Program-made: the position numbers and the translations under genes | Source of the DNA: Promethearchaeati archaeon SRVP18_Atabeyarchaeia-1 | Lineage (GTDB): Archaea; Asgardarchaeota; Atabeyarchaeia; Atabeyarchaeales; Atabeyarchaeaceae | Direction of reading: 5' to 3' | Assembly (NCBI GenBank): GCA_037308085.1 | Contig: CP147779.1 | Coordinates: 1,792,001 to 1,856,000, forward strand | Length of the DNA: 64,000 nucleotides | Notes under the pieces: model-generated | Told to the model about the DNA's origin: nothing | Database searches by the model: none | What the model saw: only the letters and a program-made list of their open reading frames with translations | Part shown: positions 50,903 through 60,513 of the stretch, in pieces | How positions within the stretch are numbered: position 1 is the first letter of the stretch | How the letters are laid out: every line of letters starts with the position of its first letter

Positions 50903-51541
50903 ATGAATAGGGTAAGGACGCTGATTCTATCAATGGAGAATCTCAAGTACTCCTTCAAAGTCGTGGTGGCTGGTGACCCAGAAGTAGGCAAAACTTCTAT
51001 GGTACGCGTCTTCGCCACCGGTAAGTTCGAGAAGAACTACATTCCAACCCTTGGCGTCAACATTCTCTCCAAGAACCTCAATTTCAAGAATGTCGAGGTT
51101 GCGATGGCGATCTGGGATCTGGCGGGCCAAGGCTTCATGGACGAGGTTAGAGGTCAGTACTACAGTGGAGCAAGAGCAGCGATACTTGTCTATGACATCA
51201 CTAGAGCAGACACTTTCGCTCGAATTGTTGCTTGGAATGAGGAATGTAAGAAGTTCTCGCAAGGTATCCTAACCAAGATCATAGTCGGGAACAAATTGGA
51301 TTTAGATTCTGAGAGGGAAGTGGCAACTGGGGACGGAATAAGACTTGCAGAGGAAATAGGTGCTGGATTCGTCGAGACGTCCGCCAAGACTGGAGCCAAC
51401 ATTGAAGTCATGTTCACCGAGTGCGCAAAAAGCCTGCTGAAGAGCCAACTCATGTACCTTGAGAACAGAGTGTCTTTCCTGACCGCGAGAGATGGCATGT
51501 CACAGCCAGCCGCAATTGTGAAGAATGAATCGGGGAGGTAG
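50903..51541 (+). CDS. Rab-like small GTPase
   Basis: G1 GDPEVGKT, G2 YIPTLG, G3 WDLAGQ, RabF-like YYSGA and LVYDIT, G4 NKLD, G5 ETSAK; no C-terminal prenylation Cys. Confidence 0.92.
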   Translation: MNRVRTLILSMENLKYSFKVVVAGDPEVGKTSMVRVFATGKFEKNYIPTLGVNILSKNLNFKNVEVAMAIWDLAGQGFMDEVRGQYYSGARAAILVYDITRADTFARIVAWNEECKKFSQGILTKIIVGNKLDLDSEREVATGDGIRLAEEIGAGFVETSAKTGANIEVMFTECAKSLLKSQLMYLENRVSFLTARDGMSQPAAIVKNESGR

Positions 51542-51547
51542 CCCAAG

Positions 51548-52792
51548 ATGCAGGATATTGAGAAATTGAAGCAAGCCAAGAAGAAGGCAGAAGACACGCT
51601 GAAAGTTATCGAAGCCAAGAAGCTTAATGGAGAAATAAATCCAGCCGAATACGACGCTTGGAAAAGGGAATTCACGGGTCACGTCAAGAAACTGTCGGGG
51701 ATGCTGGAGCAGATGGGGATCAAAGATGAAGACCTGGGACAGGAGAGGCCCATCGATACGCGTTTCCAGATGTACCTAAAACCAGAAGTTCAAGGCATAA
51801 TGAAGAACCTTCTTGAGAATCCAGAGGAGGAAATTACTCCGACTTTCGACTGGACGCTTGGCGATCGCTATCCCGAGATTGAACGTATTTCTGGTCTTAA
51901 GCCAGAACAGGCGAAGCCTCTGGTTGAAGGGCTCTACGATGCTGGAGTTCTTCAAAGGGAGTTTGCAGATGTTTACATTAAGTGCCCGAAATGCAATTCC
52001 TTCGCGATTCGCCCAAGAGTCCAATGCCCTTCATGTGGGTCTCCAAAAGTGATCAGGGATGAGGTCATAGAACATTCGAAATGTGGTTATCTGGACTTCG
52101 CTGCGTCCTTCAAGGATAAGAGTGGATATGTCTGCCCCAAATGCAAGAAGCAACTGAAGAAGATGGGGGACGATTACAAGATGCCTGGCGAATGGTATAA
52201 GTGCAAGTCCTGCAACGAATTCTCCGAAACCATTACTCTGAGAGAGTCTTGCAGCGCTTGTGGAAATCTGTTTGACGAAGAGGAGGCTGTCCTCCACCAA
52301 GCCTATTCCTACAAGCTTTCCCCTAACGCTAGGGCAGAAGTCGAGAGCGCACTGATAGTAGTCACACCTGTCAAGGATAGTCTTGGGAAGCTTGGGCTTA
52401 CAATAGAGTCGCCGGCAATGCTGAGGGGTCTCTCGGGCGCAAGGCATCAATTCATGGCGGCAATAGTAGATTCGTCTTCTGCAGCGCTAGATAGAAGGCC
52501 GATCGTGATCGACGTAGCTTCTTCTGAATCAAAGGTCGACGTGAATCAGGTGCTAAGCTATTTCGCGAAGGCGTGCGATATCGATTCTGTCGCAAAGCTA
52601 CTGATAGGCGTGCCAGGTTTCAATGAAGATGCTAAGAAAGTCGCTGCAAGCTATGGAATATTAGCCGTCGAGGCAGGCGACAAGGAAAGGATTCCCTCAC
52701 TTCTTGTAAAATACGCTCAGTCACTCGCCAAGAGCAACCCTGAAGAAGTCAAGAAGGAAATCAGTACTCTAAAATCGGTTCTAGAGGCATAG
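51548..52792 (+). CDS. TackOD1-type multi-zinc-finger protein with N-terminal helical hairpin/wHTH and C-terminal REase-like domain
   Basis: CPKC..CPSC..IEHSKCGY..CPKC..GDDY..WYKCKSC..CSACG..YSYKL; LRGLSGARHQF; 6 bp after the GTPase. Confidence 0.75.
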   Translation: MQDIEKLKQAKKKAEDTLKVIEAKKLNGEINPAEYDAWKREFTGHVKKLSGMLEQMGIKDEDLGQERPIDTRFQMYLKPEVQGIMKNLLENPEEEITPTFDWTLGDRYPEIERISGLKPEQAKPLVEGLYDAGVLQREFADVYIKCPKCNSFAIRPRVQCPSCGSPKVIRDEVIEHSKCGYLDFAASFKDKSGYVCPKCKKQLKKMGDDYKMPGEWYKCKSCNEFSETITLRESCSACGNLFDEEEAVLHQAYSYKLSPNARAEVESALIVVTPVKDSLGKLGLTIESPAMLRGLSGARHQFMAAIVDSSSAALDRRPIVIDVASSESKVDVNQVLSYFAKACDIDSVAKLLIGVPGFNEDAKKVAASYGILAVEAGDKERIPSLLVKYAQSLAKSNPEEVKKEISTLKSVLEA

Positions 52793-53070
52793 CATCTGAA
52801 TAGGCGGACAATTAAGCCGCCTCGTTGGGCGTGAAGCTACCCCAATCTTTTTCCTCCCATTTGGATTGCAGATGGCTTATCGGGCTGAGAATCGCCCGAT
52901 CCTAAGATTCGGAGGACTTCGATCTCGAAATAACGGTAACATACCAATGTTCAGACTCAAAGCAAATAAACCCGCGCGGCAATATCTAGTCGTGTCAGGA
53001 TTGAGCCATCAAGCTTTTCAAACTCATTCTGAGTATTATTGTGTAGGTCGATAACAGGAGGTCCAAGGCT

Positions 53071-53637
53071 TTGCAGCATCGTCGCGGCGCGTTTTATCAT
53101 GATGAAGAAGCTAGAAGAAAGTGGCAAGATCCTGAAGCAATTCTTACCGACATAGGAGTGAGACCTGGATCCACCTTTGTCGACGTAGGCTGTGGGGAAG
53201 GTTTCTTCGCCATCCCAGCCGCGAAAACCGTCGGCAGAAAGGGCAAGGTCTATGGAATAGACGTGTACAATGAGGCGGTAGAGCACCTAAAACAAAAGGC
53301 CGATAGAGAAGGCTTGGGCAACCTGTATCTTCACGTGGGGGCAGCCGAGGAGACTGTCATTTGCAAGGGATGTGCCGACATCGTATTCTTTGGAATCGAT
53401 CTTCACGATTTCAGAGATCCAGAAAGGGTCTTGGCCAACGCCAGAGTAATGCTAAAACCCACCGGAAGACTAGTAGACCTTGACTGGAAGAAAGAACTCA
53501 CGGGAGTAGGTCCTCCAATCGAGATCAGGTTTAGCGAAGAAGAAGCTCAAAGTCTAATAAAGAAAGCAGGCTTCACTGTGGAACGGGTAGAGAGCGTCGG
53601 ATCATTTCATTACATTATCGAGGCGAGACTGAGGTAG
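53071..53637 (+). CDS. Class I SAM-dependent methyltransferase
   Basis: VDVGCGEG, VYGIDV, LKPTGRL.DLDW. Confidence 0.88.
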   Translation: MQHRRGAFYHDEEARRKWQDPEAILTDIGVRPGSTFVDVGCGEGFFAIPAAKTVGRKGKVYGIDVYNEAVEHLKQKADREGLGNLYLHVGAAEETVICKGCADIVFFGIDLHDFRDPERVLANARVMLKPTGRLVDLDWKKELTGVGPPIEIRFSEEEAQSLIKKAGFTVERVESVGSFHYIIEARLR

Positions 53638-53650
53638 CCCAGCATGCATC

Positions 53651-54793
53651 TCAGACCGTTATTGGGTATCTCCCATATTCCTGTGCTTTCTTGAACATTG
53701 TGTCGATATTCTGTGGAGGCACGTCGGGTTGGATGTTGTGTGCGCCAGCCAGTATGTAGCCGCCGCTTGGACCCAGATCGTGTATTCGCCTTCTGACTTC
53801 CTGTTCGACCTCATTTTCGGTTCCCTTGGGCAGGGTGTATTGTGTGTCGATTCCTCCATGGTAGCATACGCGCTTGTCGTATTTTTCGACTAGATGCCGT
53901 GAATCCATGTCTTTTGCTCTCGGTTGAACCGGGTTCAGGATGTCCACGCCGACGTCGGCAAGTTCCTCGATTATGGGCTCAACTGAGCCACAGCTGTGAA
54001 ACTGAATCTTGGCTTTCTTCGCAAACCTCTTAAGATGGGAGATAAGATCCCTCAGCCTAGGCTTGACTAGTTTTCTCCAGAGTGCAGGCGACATAAGAAG
54101 GCCGTCCTGATGGCCGTAGTCATCTGCGCAGAGGACGATAGTGGCGTAGTCTCCTACCTCGATCAGATAAGCTTCCCAGAAGCGCTTGTTGATCTCCAGA
54201 GTTCTATCCAGCAAGGCGCTGGCAAACTCGGGGTCCGCTATGATGTCGTAGTAGAACTTGTTGAAACCCCTAAGCCAGACCGCCAGCTCCAACACACCCC
54301 CCAGGAACGTATCTGCTGTGACCGCTAGGCCACTCTCAAGGAAAACTTTCGCGCGCTTTCCGATATTGCTGAATCTTTCCTCATGTGGCTCGGGAGCCAC
54401 GTATCTCTCTATGTCTTCAATTGACTTGGCGCTGTACAGAGGCGCCTTATCCTCGACCAATTCGTAGTAGTATCCTTGGTACTGCCTTTTCAACGTTAGA
54501 CCAAACTCGTTGACTATCCATCCTTCTCCCCTTTTCACCTCGTCTTCTCTGGGTGGATTGGGTCGGATATGCCTGATGTCCACGCCGAAGCGCTCAAGAA
54601 TCTTCTCGTCTACGTCAACGAGTCCCTGCATCACATCCCAGATCTTGGACTCAACCACCCTGAATCCGAGGTGCTTCAGCAGGTTATCGTAGGCGGCTTT
54701 AGTGATGCCGCTTATCACCCCTCCAAGGTCAACTGGAACCCTATCCGGCTCCTTCCTGTCAATTGATAGTAGAACCCTATCGATATGTTGCAT
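53651..54793 (-). CDS. Uroporphyrinogen decarboxylase / MtaA-CmuA family methylcobamide methyltransferase
   Basis: PDRVPVDLGG, DDYGHQ, FHSCG, GGIDTQ, GGYIL..HNIQ; coupled to a corrinoid protein. Confidence 0.85.
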   Translation of the reverse strand: MQHIDRVLLSIDRKEPDRVPVDLGGVISGITKAAYDNLLKHLGFRVVESKIWDVMQGLVDVDEKILERFGVDIRHIRPNPPREDEVKRGEGWIVNEFGLTLKRQYQGYYYELVEDKAPLYSAKSIEDIERYVAPEPHEERFSNIGKRAKVFLESGLAVTADTFLGGVLELAVWLRGFNKFYYDIIADPEFASALLDRTLEINKRFWEAYLIEVGDYATIVLCADDYGHQDGLLMSPALWRKLVKPRLRDLISHLKRFAKKAKIQFHSCGSVEPIIEELADVGVDILNPVQPRAKDMDSRHLVEKYDKRVCYHGGIDTQYTLPKGTENEVEQEVRRRIHDLGPSGGYILAGAHNIQPDVPPQNIDTMFKKAQEYGRYPITV

Positions 54794-54797
54794 AATC

Positions 54798-55454
54798 TCA
54801 TCTTCCGATCAGACTCTTGCACAGTCTCACCGCTTCAACCGCGTCTTTGCCATAGGCGTCCGCTCCCACTTCTTGCGCATATGCCTGGTCGACGGCGCCG
54901 CCTCCAATGATGATCTTGAGCTTACCCCTGAGTCCTCGCTTCTCGAGTTCTTGTATTACTGTCTTCATCTCGCCCCTCGTTGTTGATAGGAGCGCTGACA
55001 TGCAGAGTATACCCGCCTTCTCAGTAGCCGCGGATTCAGCGAACCTCTGAGGAGGCACATCAGTACCCAAGTCGATGACCATAAAACCTTCAGGTCTAAG
55101 CATCAGGGTGACTATGTTCTTGCCGAGATCATGTATGTCTCCTCTAACGGTTCCTATTACCACAGTGCCCTTGGCCTCTGATAGTTTGCCTTGCCTGAGG
55201 ATGGGGCTCAGAATATCCAGTACTTTCTGCCCAACCACTCCGGCAAACATTAGCTCTGGGAGGTAGTAGACCCCCTTCTCATACTTGCTCCCTATCACTC
55301 CAAAGGCTTCAGAAATGCTCTTCACCAATTGCCCGGCGGGGGCTCTCTGCTCCAAGCATCTCCCTGCAACTTCTAGGGATTCTAATTCATTTGCCATGTC
55401 GATGCTGCTGATCAGCGAATCCCTCAGTTTCTCGGCTATGCTGGCTCGACTCAT
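54798..55454 (-). CDS. Corrinoid (B12-binding) protein
   Basis: YYLPELM, GTVRGDIHDLGKNIV (DxHxxG), MSALL, GGGAV, GADAY. Confidence 0.92.
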   Translation of the reverse strand: MSRASIAEKLRDSLISSIDMANELESLEVAGRCLEQRAPAGQLVKSISEAFGVIGSKYEKGVYYLPELMFAGVVGQKVLDILSPILRQGKLSEAKGTVVIGTVRGDIHDLGKNIVTLMLRPEGFMVIDLGTDVPPQRFAESAATEKAGILCMSALLSTTRGEMKTVIQELEKRGLRGKLKIIIGGGAVDQAYAQEVGADAYGKDAVEAVRLCKSLIGR

Positions 55455-55645
55455 GTTTCCACCTCAAGACTTCAACAGTCAGAATAGTAGCTAGATCCAA
55501 TTAAGAGTTAACGGTGGTCTGAACCTAGGGCGCCGACAGGCCTGCGGCATCCCACCTTATCCTACGTAACTCTTTTTACTGTGCTTCGACACAGACTATC
55601 ATAGGCATACTGCATGAGCATTTTGAATCCTTTGGAGGGGAAAGG

Positions 55646-57712
55646 ATGAAGCGCGCAAGATTCTGCGCCCTGCTAACCGTATCACTCGTCATACTTTCAA
55701 TCACATCTCCATATGCATCTTTTACTCCTCTTACTCCAGCATCTGGTGCATCTACCTGGCAGATATACCCCGCTTGGGCAGCAGTTAACCTGCTGACACC
55801 AGGCGCGAACGTGGACAGACAGGCCTGGGCTTTGCTGATCGCAAACGCCTTCAGCCAATTCGGAATTTCCGCCACGAGGCAGATAGTTCCGTGGCCCACT
55901 GCATACAGCAGGATGTTGACTCCAGACCCATCAGTCGTCGGCAAAAGCTGGGCTGATGGCGGCTTCGACATCGGCTTCATAGGGTACGCCCTGACCCCTG
56001 ATACCGATCCATATTCATTCTTTCATCCCTACGACGGGCACGGGTTCTTCACCGGCGGGAACTACTACCTTTGGAATAACACTGAGAATGACCAGCTGCT
56101 AGAGAGTATTCGGAGTGAAATGAATTCGACGAAGAGGCTTGAGTACATCAGGCAATGGCAAGAACTGGCTTACGACGAGCTCCCCAGCATTACTCTCTTC
56201 TACACCAAGGATGTGGTCGCCTTCAAGCCGAGCTTTCAGTCAACGCCATTCTCAACATACTATTACCCGTTGTGGCCCAGTGTCGAGCAGTGGAACGACA
56301 CCTTGGGCTCGACGAATGTTACCGTCGCCCAGATAGGATCCTTTGGTCCTGGCGGCGGCGAAGGCCTTGTCCCATACCTTACCACGTCATACTACGACCT
56401 GACAGTGTATGGACCGATCTACGGTGAACTTGGTGGCTTAGGTATGCTCATGAGGAACACGTCGATGGCGATGGTACCCTACATGGCTTACGGCAACTAC
56501 ACTACTGCCGCCGGCGGCAAGAACTGGACCTTCTGGATAAGACCTGGCATCCACTTCCAGAACGGTGAGGAACTCGATGCGCGAGACTATGTCTACACAC
56601 TGAGGTATGAGATGACCCCCACCTCTGGATCAGCTGGCTCAGGAGTATACGCCTACATAACCAGCATCATCTGTGGTGCAGATTTCGGTGCGGGCATTGC
56701 AGCGGGCTACGGCAACCACAGCGTCTACTGGGCTGGCGAGGCTGGAACGCCAGGAGCGGCTCTGCCTTACAACAAGTATGAATTCCATTGCGACGAGCAA
56801 GCCGCGTGGGCTTTGACGACGGTAGATATTGGAGGCCTTGCGATCATGCCAGCATCAGTTCTTGTGAACGCTAGCACTTTCCCAGACTACAGCACTTGGA
56901 ACCCATCAAATGCACCTTTTATGCAGAGCACATCATTCAACACTGGAGCCTCAGGCACATACAGGTACTATGCCAAGAACGGGACATTCATGGCAGCGAG
57001 AAGTGGACCCTTCGGTGCTGGTCCATACCAGTGGGCCGACTACAACACAGGGACCGGTACAGCACACCTGACAAAGTTCGACGGCTACTTCCGCCGCGCC
57101 GCGCTGGAGTCTGAGGGCATCTACAGGTTCACGGACTACTACGTCGTGCACATCGGCAGTGTTACAGCTGCAATAGCAGCTCTACAGGCTGGCAGCGTTC
57201 AGGTACTTGACAGCCAATACCACGTGGAGGCCTCTTTGGATTCACTGAACCTAGCATGGGCTAGTTGGGTTTCCTTTGATAGCTATGGCGTACAGGAGAT
57301 GGGCTTCAACATGCGCCACCCGATTTGGGGCACAGGTTTGGGAACACCTCTTGGACAGTCGGACGCATCACAGGCAAAGGCAGCTGCTTACCATGTTAGA
57401 CATGCAATCGAGTACTTGATCCCGAAGGACCAGATAATCAAGAACATACTCCACAACTTCGGCAGCTACGGAATCACGACCCCTGTCACGAGAGGCAACC
57501 TGGGCTTCGACGCCAGTATTGTCCCTCGCAACTACACGTATCCGGTGGCCATGCTCTTGGCTAAGGCGGAGTTTGAGGCTGCAGGATACACATTTGTACC
57601 GCCGCCACAGCATGGGCCCTGGTACAACTATGGTCCGTTGATCGCTGTTGTTGGGCTGGCTGGAATCATAGTCGTAGGAGGGCTCTACGCCTTTAGACCC
57701 CGCAGGCGGTAG
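55646..57712 (+). CDS. Family 5 (OppA/DppA-like) solute-binding protein, circularly permuted, C-terminal TM anchor
   Basis: Signal peptide; WTFWIRPGIHFQNGEELDARD, GAGPY, GFNMRHP, VRHAI; TM plus RPRRR at the C-terminus. Confidence 0.85.
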   Translation: MKRARFCALLTVSLVILSITSPYASFTPLTPASGASTWQIYPAWAAVNLLTPGANVDRQAWALLIANAFSQFGISATRQIVPWPTAYSRMLTPDPSVVGKSWADGGFDIGFIGYALTPDTDPYSFFHPYDGHGFFTGGNYYLWNNTENDQLLESIRSEMNSTKRLEYIRQWQELAYDELPSITLFYTKDVVAFKPSFQSTPFSTYYYPLWPSVEQWNDTLGSTNVTVAQIGSFGPGGGEGLVPYLTTSYYDLTVYGPIYGELGGLGMLMRNTSMAMVPYMAYGNYTTAAGGKNWTFWIRPGIHFQNGEELDARDYVYTLRYEMTPTSGSAGSGVYAYITSIICGADFGAGIAAGYGNHSVYWAGEAGTPGAALPYNKYEFHCDEQAAWALTTVDIGGLAIMPASVLVNASTFPDYSTWNPSNAPFMQSTSFNTGASGTYRYYAKNGTFMAARSGPFGAGPYQWADYNTGTGTAHLTKFDGYFRRAALESEGIYRFTDYYVVHIGSVTAAIAALQAGSVQVLDSQYHVEASLDSLNLAWASWVSFDSYGVQEMGFNMRHPIWGTGLGTPLGQSDASQAKAAAYHVRHAIEYLIPKDQIIKNILHNFGSYGITTPVTRGNLGFDASIVPRNYTYPVAMLLAKAEFEAAGYTFVPPPQHGPWYNYGPLIAVVGLAGIIVVGGLYAFRPRRR

Positions 57713-57897
57713 GGAAGCCCGCCCTGAACGATGCTGGAACGCGCGAGGAGCTGCAGGAGCAGAAGATCTGAATTAGATCAGAGAATCGACAATCACAGGT
57801 CGGATCTCGGCTCATGAATTTATAAGCATCTGCAGAACACCATTTATCCGTGGAAGGGACAGCGACGTAGGGGGTCTGCAAGTTCCCCGTCCAGAAT

Positions 57898-60381
57898 GTG
57901 GGAGCGGTTCAGGAAAAGGGGTTCAAATTGAGAAGAGCTACGTATTCGCCGCCAAGGTTGGCTGCAGCTCTAACGCTCGTGGTGATTGCGTCCTCATTCT
58001 CTTTACCAGTATTCGCAGCAATGGCTGCGGCTCAGGGAACCGGAGCAACCGTAGATCCCGTAATAAGAATCTACCTCCTAGTTTCGCCAGGGGCCATGAG
58101 GCAGTCCACGGCACAGGTTATAGCGAACTGTCTGTCGGAACTTGGGATTCAAGCACAGGTGATCTCAGCTGACTGGGCAACTATCAATGGCAGAGCCTTC
58201 TCTCCGGCCCCCAGCATGATCGGGAAAACTTATGAGCAAGGAGGATTCGACGCTCTGCTCACAGACTGGCTCTACAATCCTGACCCTAATCCTTATCCCA
58301 TGTTTCACAGTAGCCAGATGCCTCCGACTGGGCAGAACTACTACCTCTGGAATAACACAATGGCGGACATGCTCGCGTATAACATGACAAGGGTTATTGA
58401 TCGCCCCACGCAGCTGCAATGCGCTGAGATGTGGCAGGAAGTAGCCTACGAGGAACTGCCCTCAATCGCAATATGCTATGACCATGGTGTAGTTGCATTT
58501 CGCCCGAACCTCAATTCGACGCCATTCGAAGCGTGTTACTATCCTAGGTGGCCGGGTGTTGAGCGCTGGAGCTTCACCTCATCTCCTATGACCAGCGTTA
58601 CCGTAGCCCAGCCTGGGGCGTGCCCGTATTGGGGGCTGACGCCGTACCATTCAAACTACTACAGTGACATGACTGGTTATGCCCCAATCTACGGCGAGCT
58701 TGGCGCCTACGGTCTGCTCATTAGGAGTCTGAACTCGACTTTGATGGAGCCTTACATGGCCTACGGGAACTACACGATGTCGCCTGATGGGAGAAACTGG
58801 ACTTTCTGGATACGACCTGGAATAAGGTTCCATAACGGCGAGGAACTTGATGCAAGAGACGTGGCGTACACCTACAGGTATGTCATGACTCCAAGCTGGA
58901 ATTCTGGCTGGTACTCCTACGTCAAGGGGATACTTGGAGCCAACAGTAGCGTGTATTGGGCAGGTGAATCAGGGACAGCGGGGGCAGGCATGCCGTACAA
59001 CAAGTTTGAGGTGCACTTTGACCTACCGCAGCCGTGGGCTTTCTTCCAGGCGGACATCGGAGGCGGGGCAATTCTTCCCGCGTCCGTAATTGTGAACTCG
59101 AGTAGTGGGATACCCGATCTCAGTGCCTGGAATCCGGACCCCGTAGGCACGGCTGGGTTTGTGTGGACATCCTTCGTCACTGGAAGCGCCGACACTTACT
59201 GGTACTATGCCAAAAACGGAACGCAGTACACGTCTTCGGGTCCGATGGGGGCGGGTCCATACAAGTGGAGCTCCTATGATCCAAACACGGAGACAGTGCA
59301 TCTCATCAAGTTCGATGGCTATTTCAATAAGGCCGTGCTGGAAGCTGGAGGAGCATTTGGAATAACCGACTACTACGTGAAGCACATCGCCGATGCCTAT
59401 TCAGCCATCTCATGCTTGACAAGCAACACGGTCCAAGTTCTCGATTCTAGCTATCACCTCGGAACATACGTAGCATCTTTAGATCCCGGCTGGAGCCGAA
59501 TAATCTCGTATCAAGGATACCAAGTGACAGAGCTGGGCTTCAACATGCGCCACCCAATCTTGGGCACAGGGCTGGGTACCCCCTTAGGTATAACCAATGC
59601 AAGTATGGCGGCTGAGGCAGCGAAGCACGTCAGACATGCACTTGAGTACTTAATCCCAAAGGACCAGATAATCTCGTCAATCCTAAACGGCTATGGCGAG
59701 CCTGGCCTTACGCCGCCTATTATGAGATCAATGCCAGGATTCAACTACGCCATTACCCCACGCAACGGTACATTGTCGAATGTCAAGGTCCTCGCTATGA
59801 ACGAGTTGGAGGCTGCGGGATACACGTTTATACAGGGACAAGGATATTGGCCGAATTATGATCTCCTTATTATTACGATATCTCTTGTCAGTATAACCTT
59901 CGCCTCGCTACTCCTCGGAGTGGGCCTAATACGAAGGAGAAGCAGGTTGAATGCCGACGTTCGAGGCCAAAGAGGAAACCCGCGCATTGAAACTCCAATA
60001 AGCCAGCCTGAAACGCTGGAACAGGGCGAACCGGAGAAACCAATTGAAACCTCGGTTCCACGACAAACTACAATGCCGTGCCCGCGTTGCGGAGCAATTT
60101 CCAGGGATCCTGCCGCGCAGTACTGCAAATACTGCGGGGCACTTCTGGGAGGCGGTTCAAGAGGGATGGAGATTCAGGCCAAGGGAAGAACATTCGCGCT
60201 AAAGGGCAGATGTATGGTTTGCAATCTTCCAATCGGGAAAAGTGATGAGGTTGTCTGGTGCCCCCGATGTGGAAACGCTGCGCACAGGACACACTTGCTC
60301 GAATGGTTGCACGTCAAAAGCTACTGTCCGGTCTGCCGCGCACCCATCAACCAAAGAGACCTTCTCTCTTCACGTGATTGA
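57898..60381 (+). CDS. Permuted family 5 solute-binding domain-TM-zinc ribbon-RING-like finger fusion
   Basis: Paralog of 55646..57712 up to the TM; then CPRC..YCKYC and CMVC-x12-CPRC-x4-H-x2-H-x3-W-x6-CPVC. Confidence 0.85.
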   Translation: MGAVQEKGFKLRRATYSPPRLAAALTLVVIASSFSLPVFAAMAAAQGTGATVDPVIRIYLLVSPGAMRQSTAQVIANCLSELGIQAQVISADWATINGRAFSPAPSMIGKTYEQGGFDALLTDWLYNPDPNPYPMFHSSQMPPTGQNYYLWNNTMADMLAYNMTRVIDRPTQLQCAEMWQEVAYEELPSIAICYDHGVVAFRPNLNSTPFEACYYPRWPGVERWSFTSSPMTSVTVAQPGACPYWGLTPYHSNYYSDMTGYAPIYGELGAYGLLIRSLNSTLMEPYMAYGNYTMSPDGRNWTFWIRPGIRFHNGEELDARDVAYTYRYVMTPSWNSGWYSYVKGILGANSSVYWAGESGTAGAGMPYNKFEVHFDLPQPWAFFQADIGGGAILPASVIVNSSSGIPDLSAWNPDPVGTAGFVWTSFVTGSADTYWYYAKNGTQYTSSGPMGAGPYKWSSYDPNTETVHLIKFDGYFNKAVLEAGGAFGITDYYVKHIADAYSAISCLTSNTVQVLDSSYHLGTYVASLDPGWSRIISYQGYQVTELGFNMRHPILGTGLGTPLGITNASMAAEAAKHVRHALEYLIPKDQIISSILNGYGEPGLTPPIMRSMPGFNYAITPRNGTLSNVKVLAMNELEAAGYTFIQGQGYWPNYDLLIITISLVSITFASLLLGVGLIRRRSRLNADVRGQRGNPRIETPISQPETLEQGEPEKPIETSVPRQTTMPCPRCGAISRDPAAQYCKYCGALLGGGSRGMEIQAKGRTFALKGRCMVCNLPIGKSDEVVWCPRCGNAAHRTHLLEWLHVKSYCPVCRAPINQRDLLSSRD

Positions 60382-60513
60382 GCAACAGCTAGGCAGCGTA
60401 ATCATTGAGAGACCTGCTTATTCTTCTCCCTCCAGGGACTTTCGACGTGTCCATGCCTGCGCAACTTGTCTGGGCCTCCATCGCTTCGAGAGAACATGCG
60501 TTGCGCCTTGTGC

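Noticed and set aside
55501-55515. AAGAGTTAAC match to the TnpB element TIR
   Set aside because: Only 10 bp, in an AT-rich promoter region, with no partner repeat or TSD; probably chance
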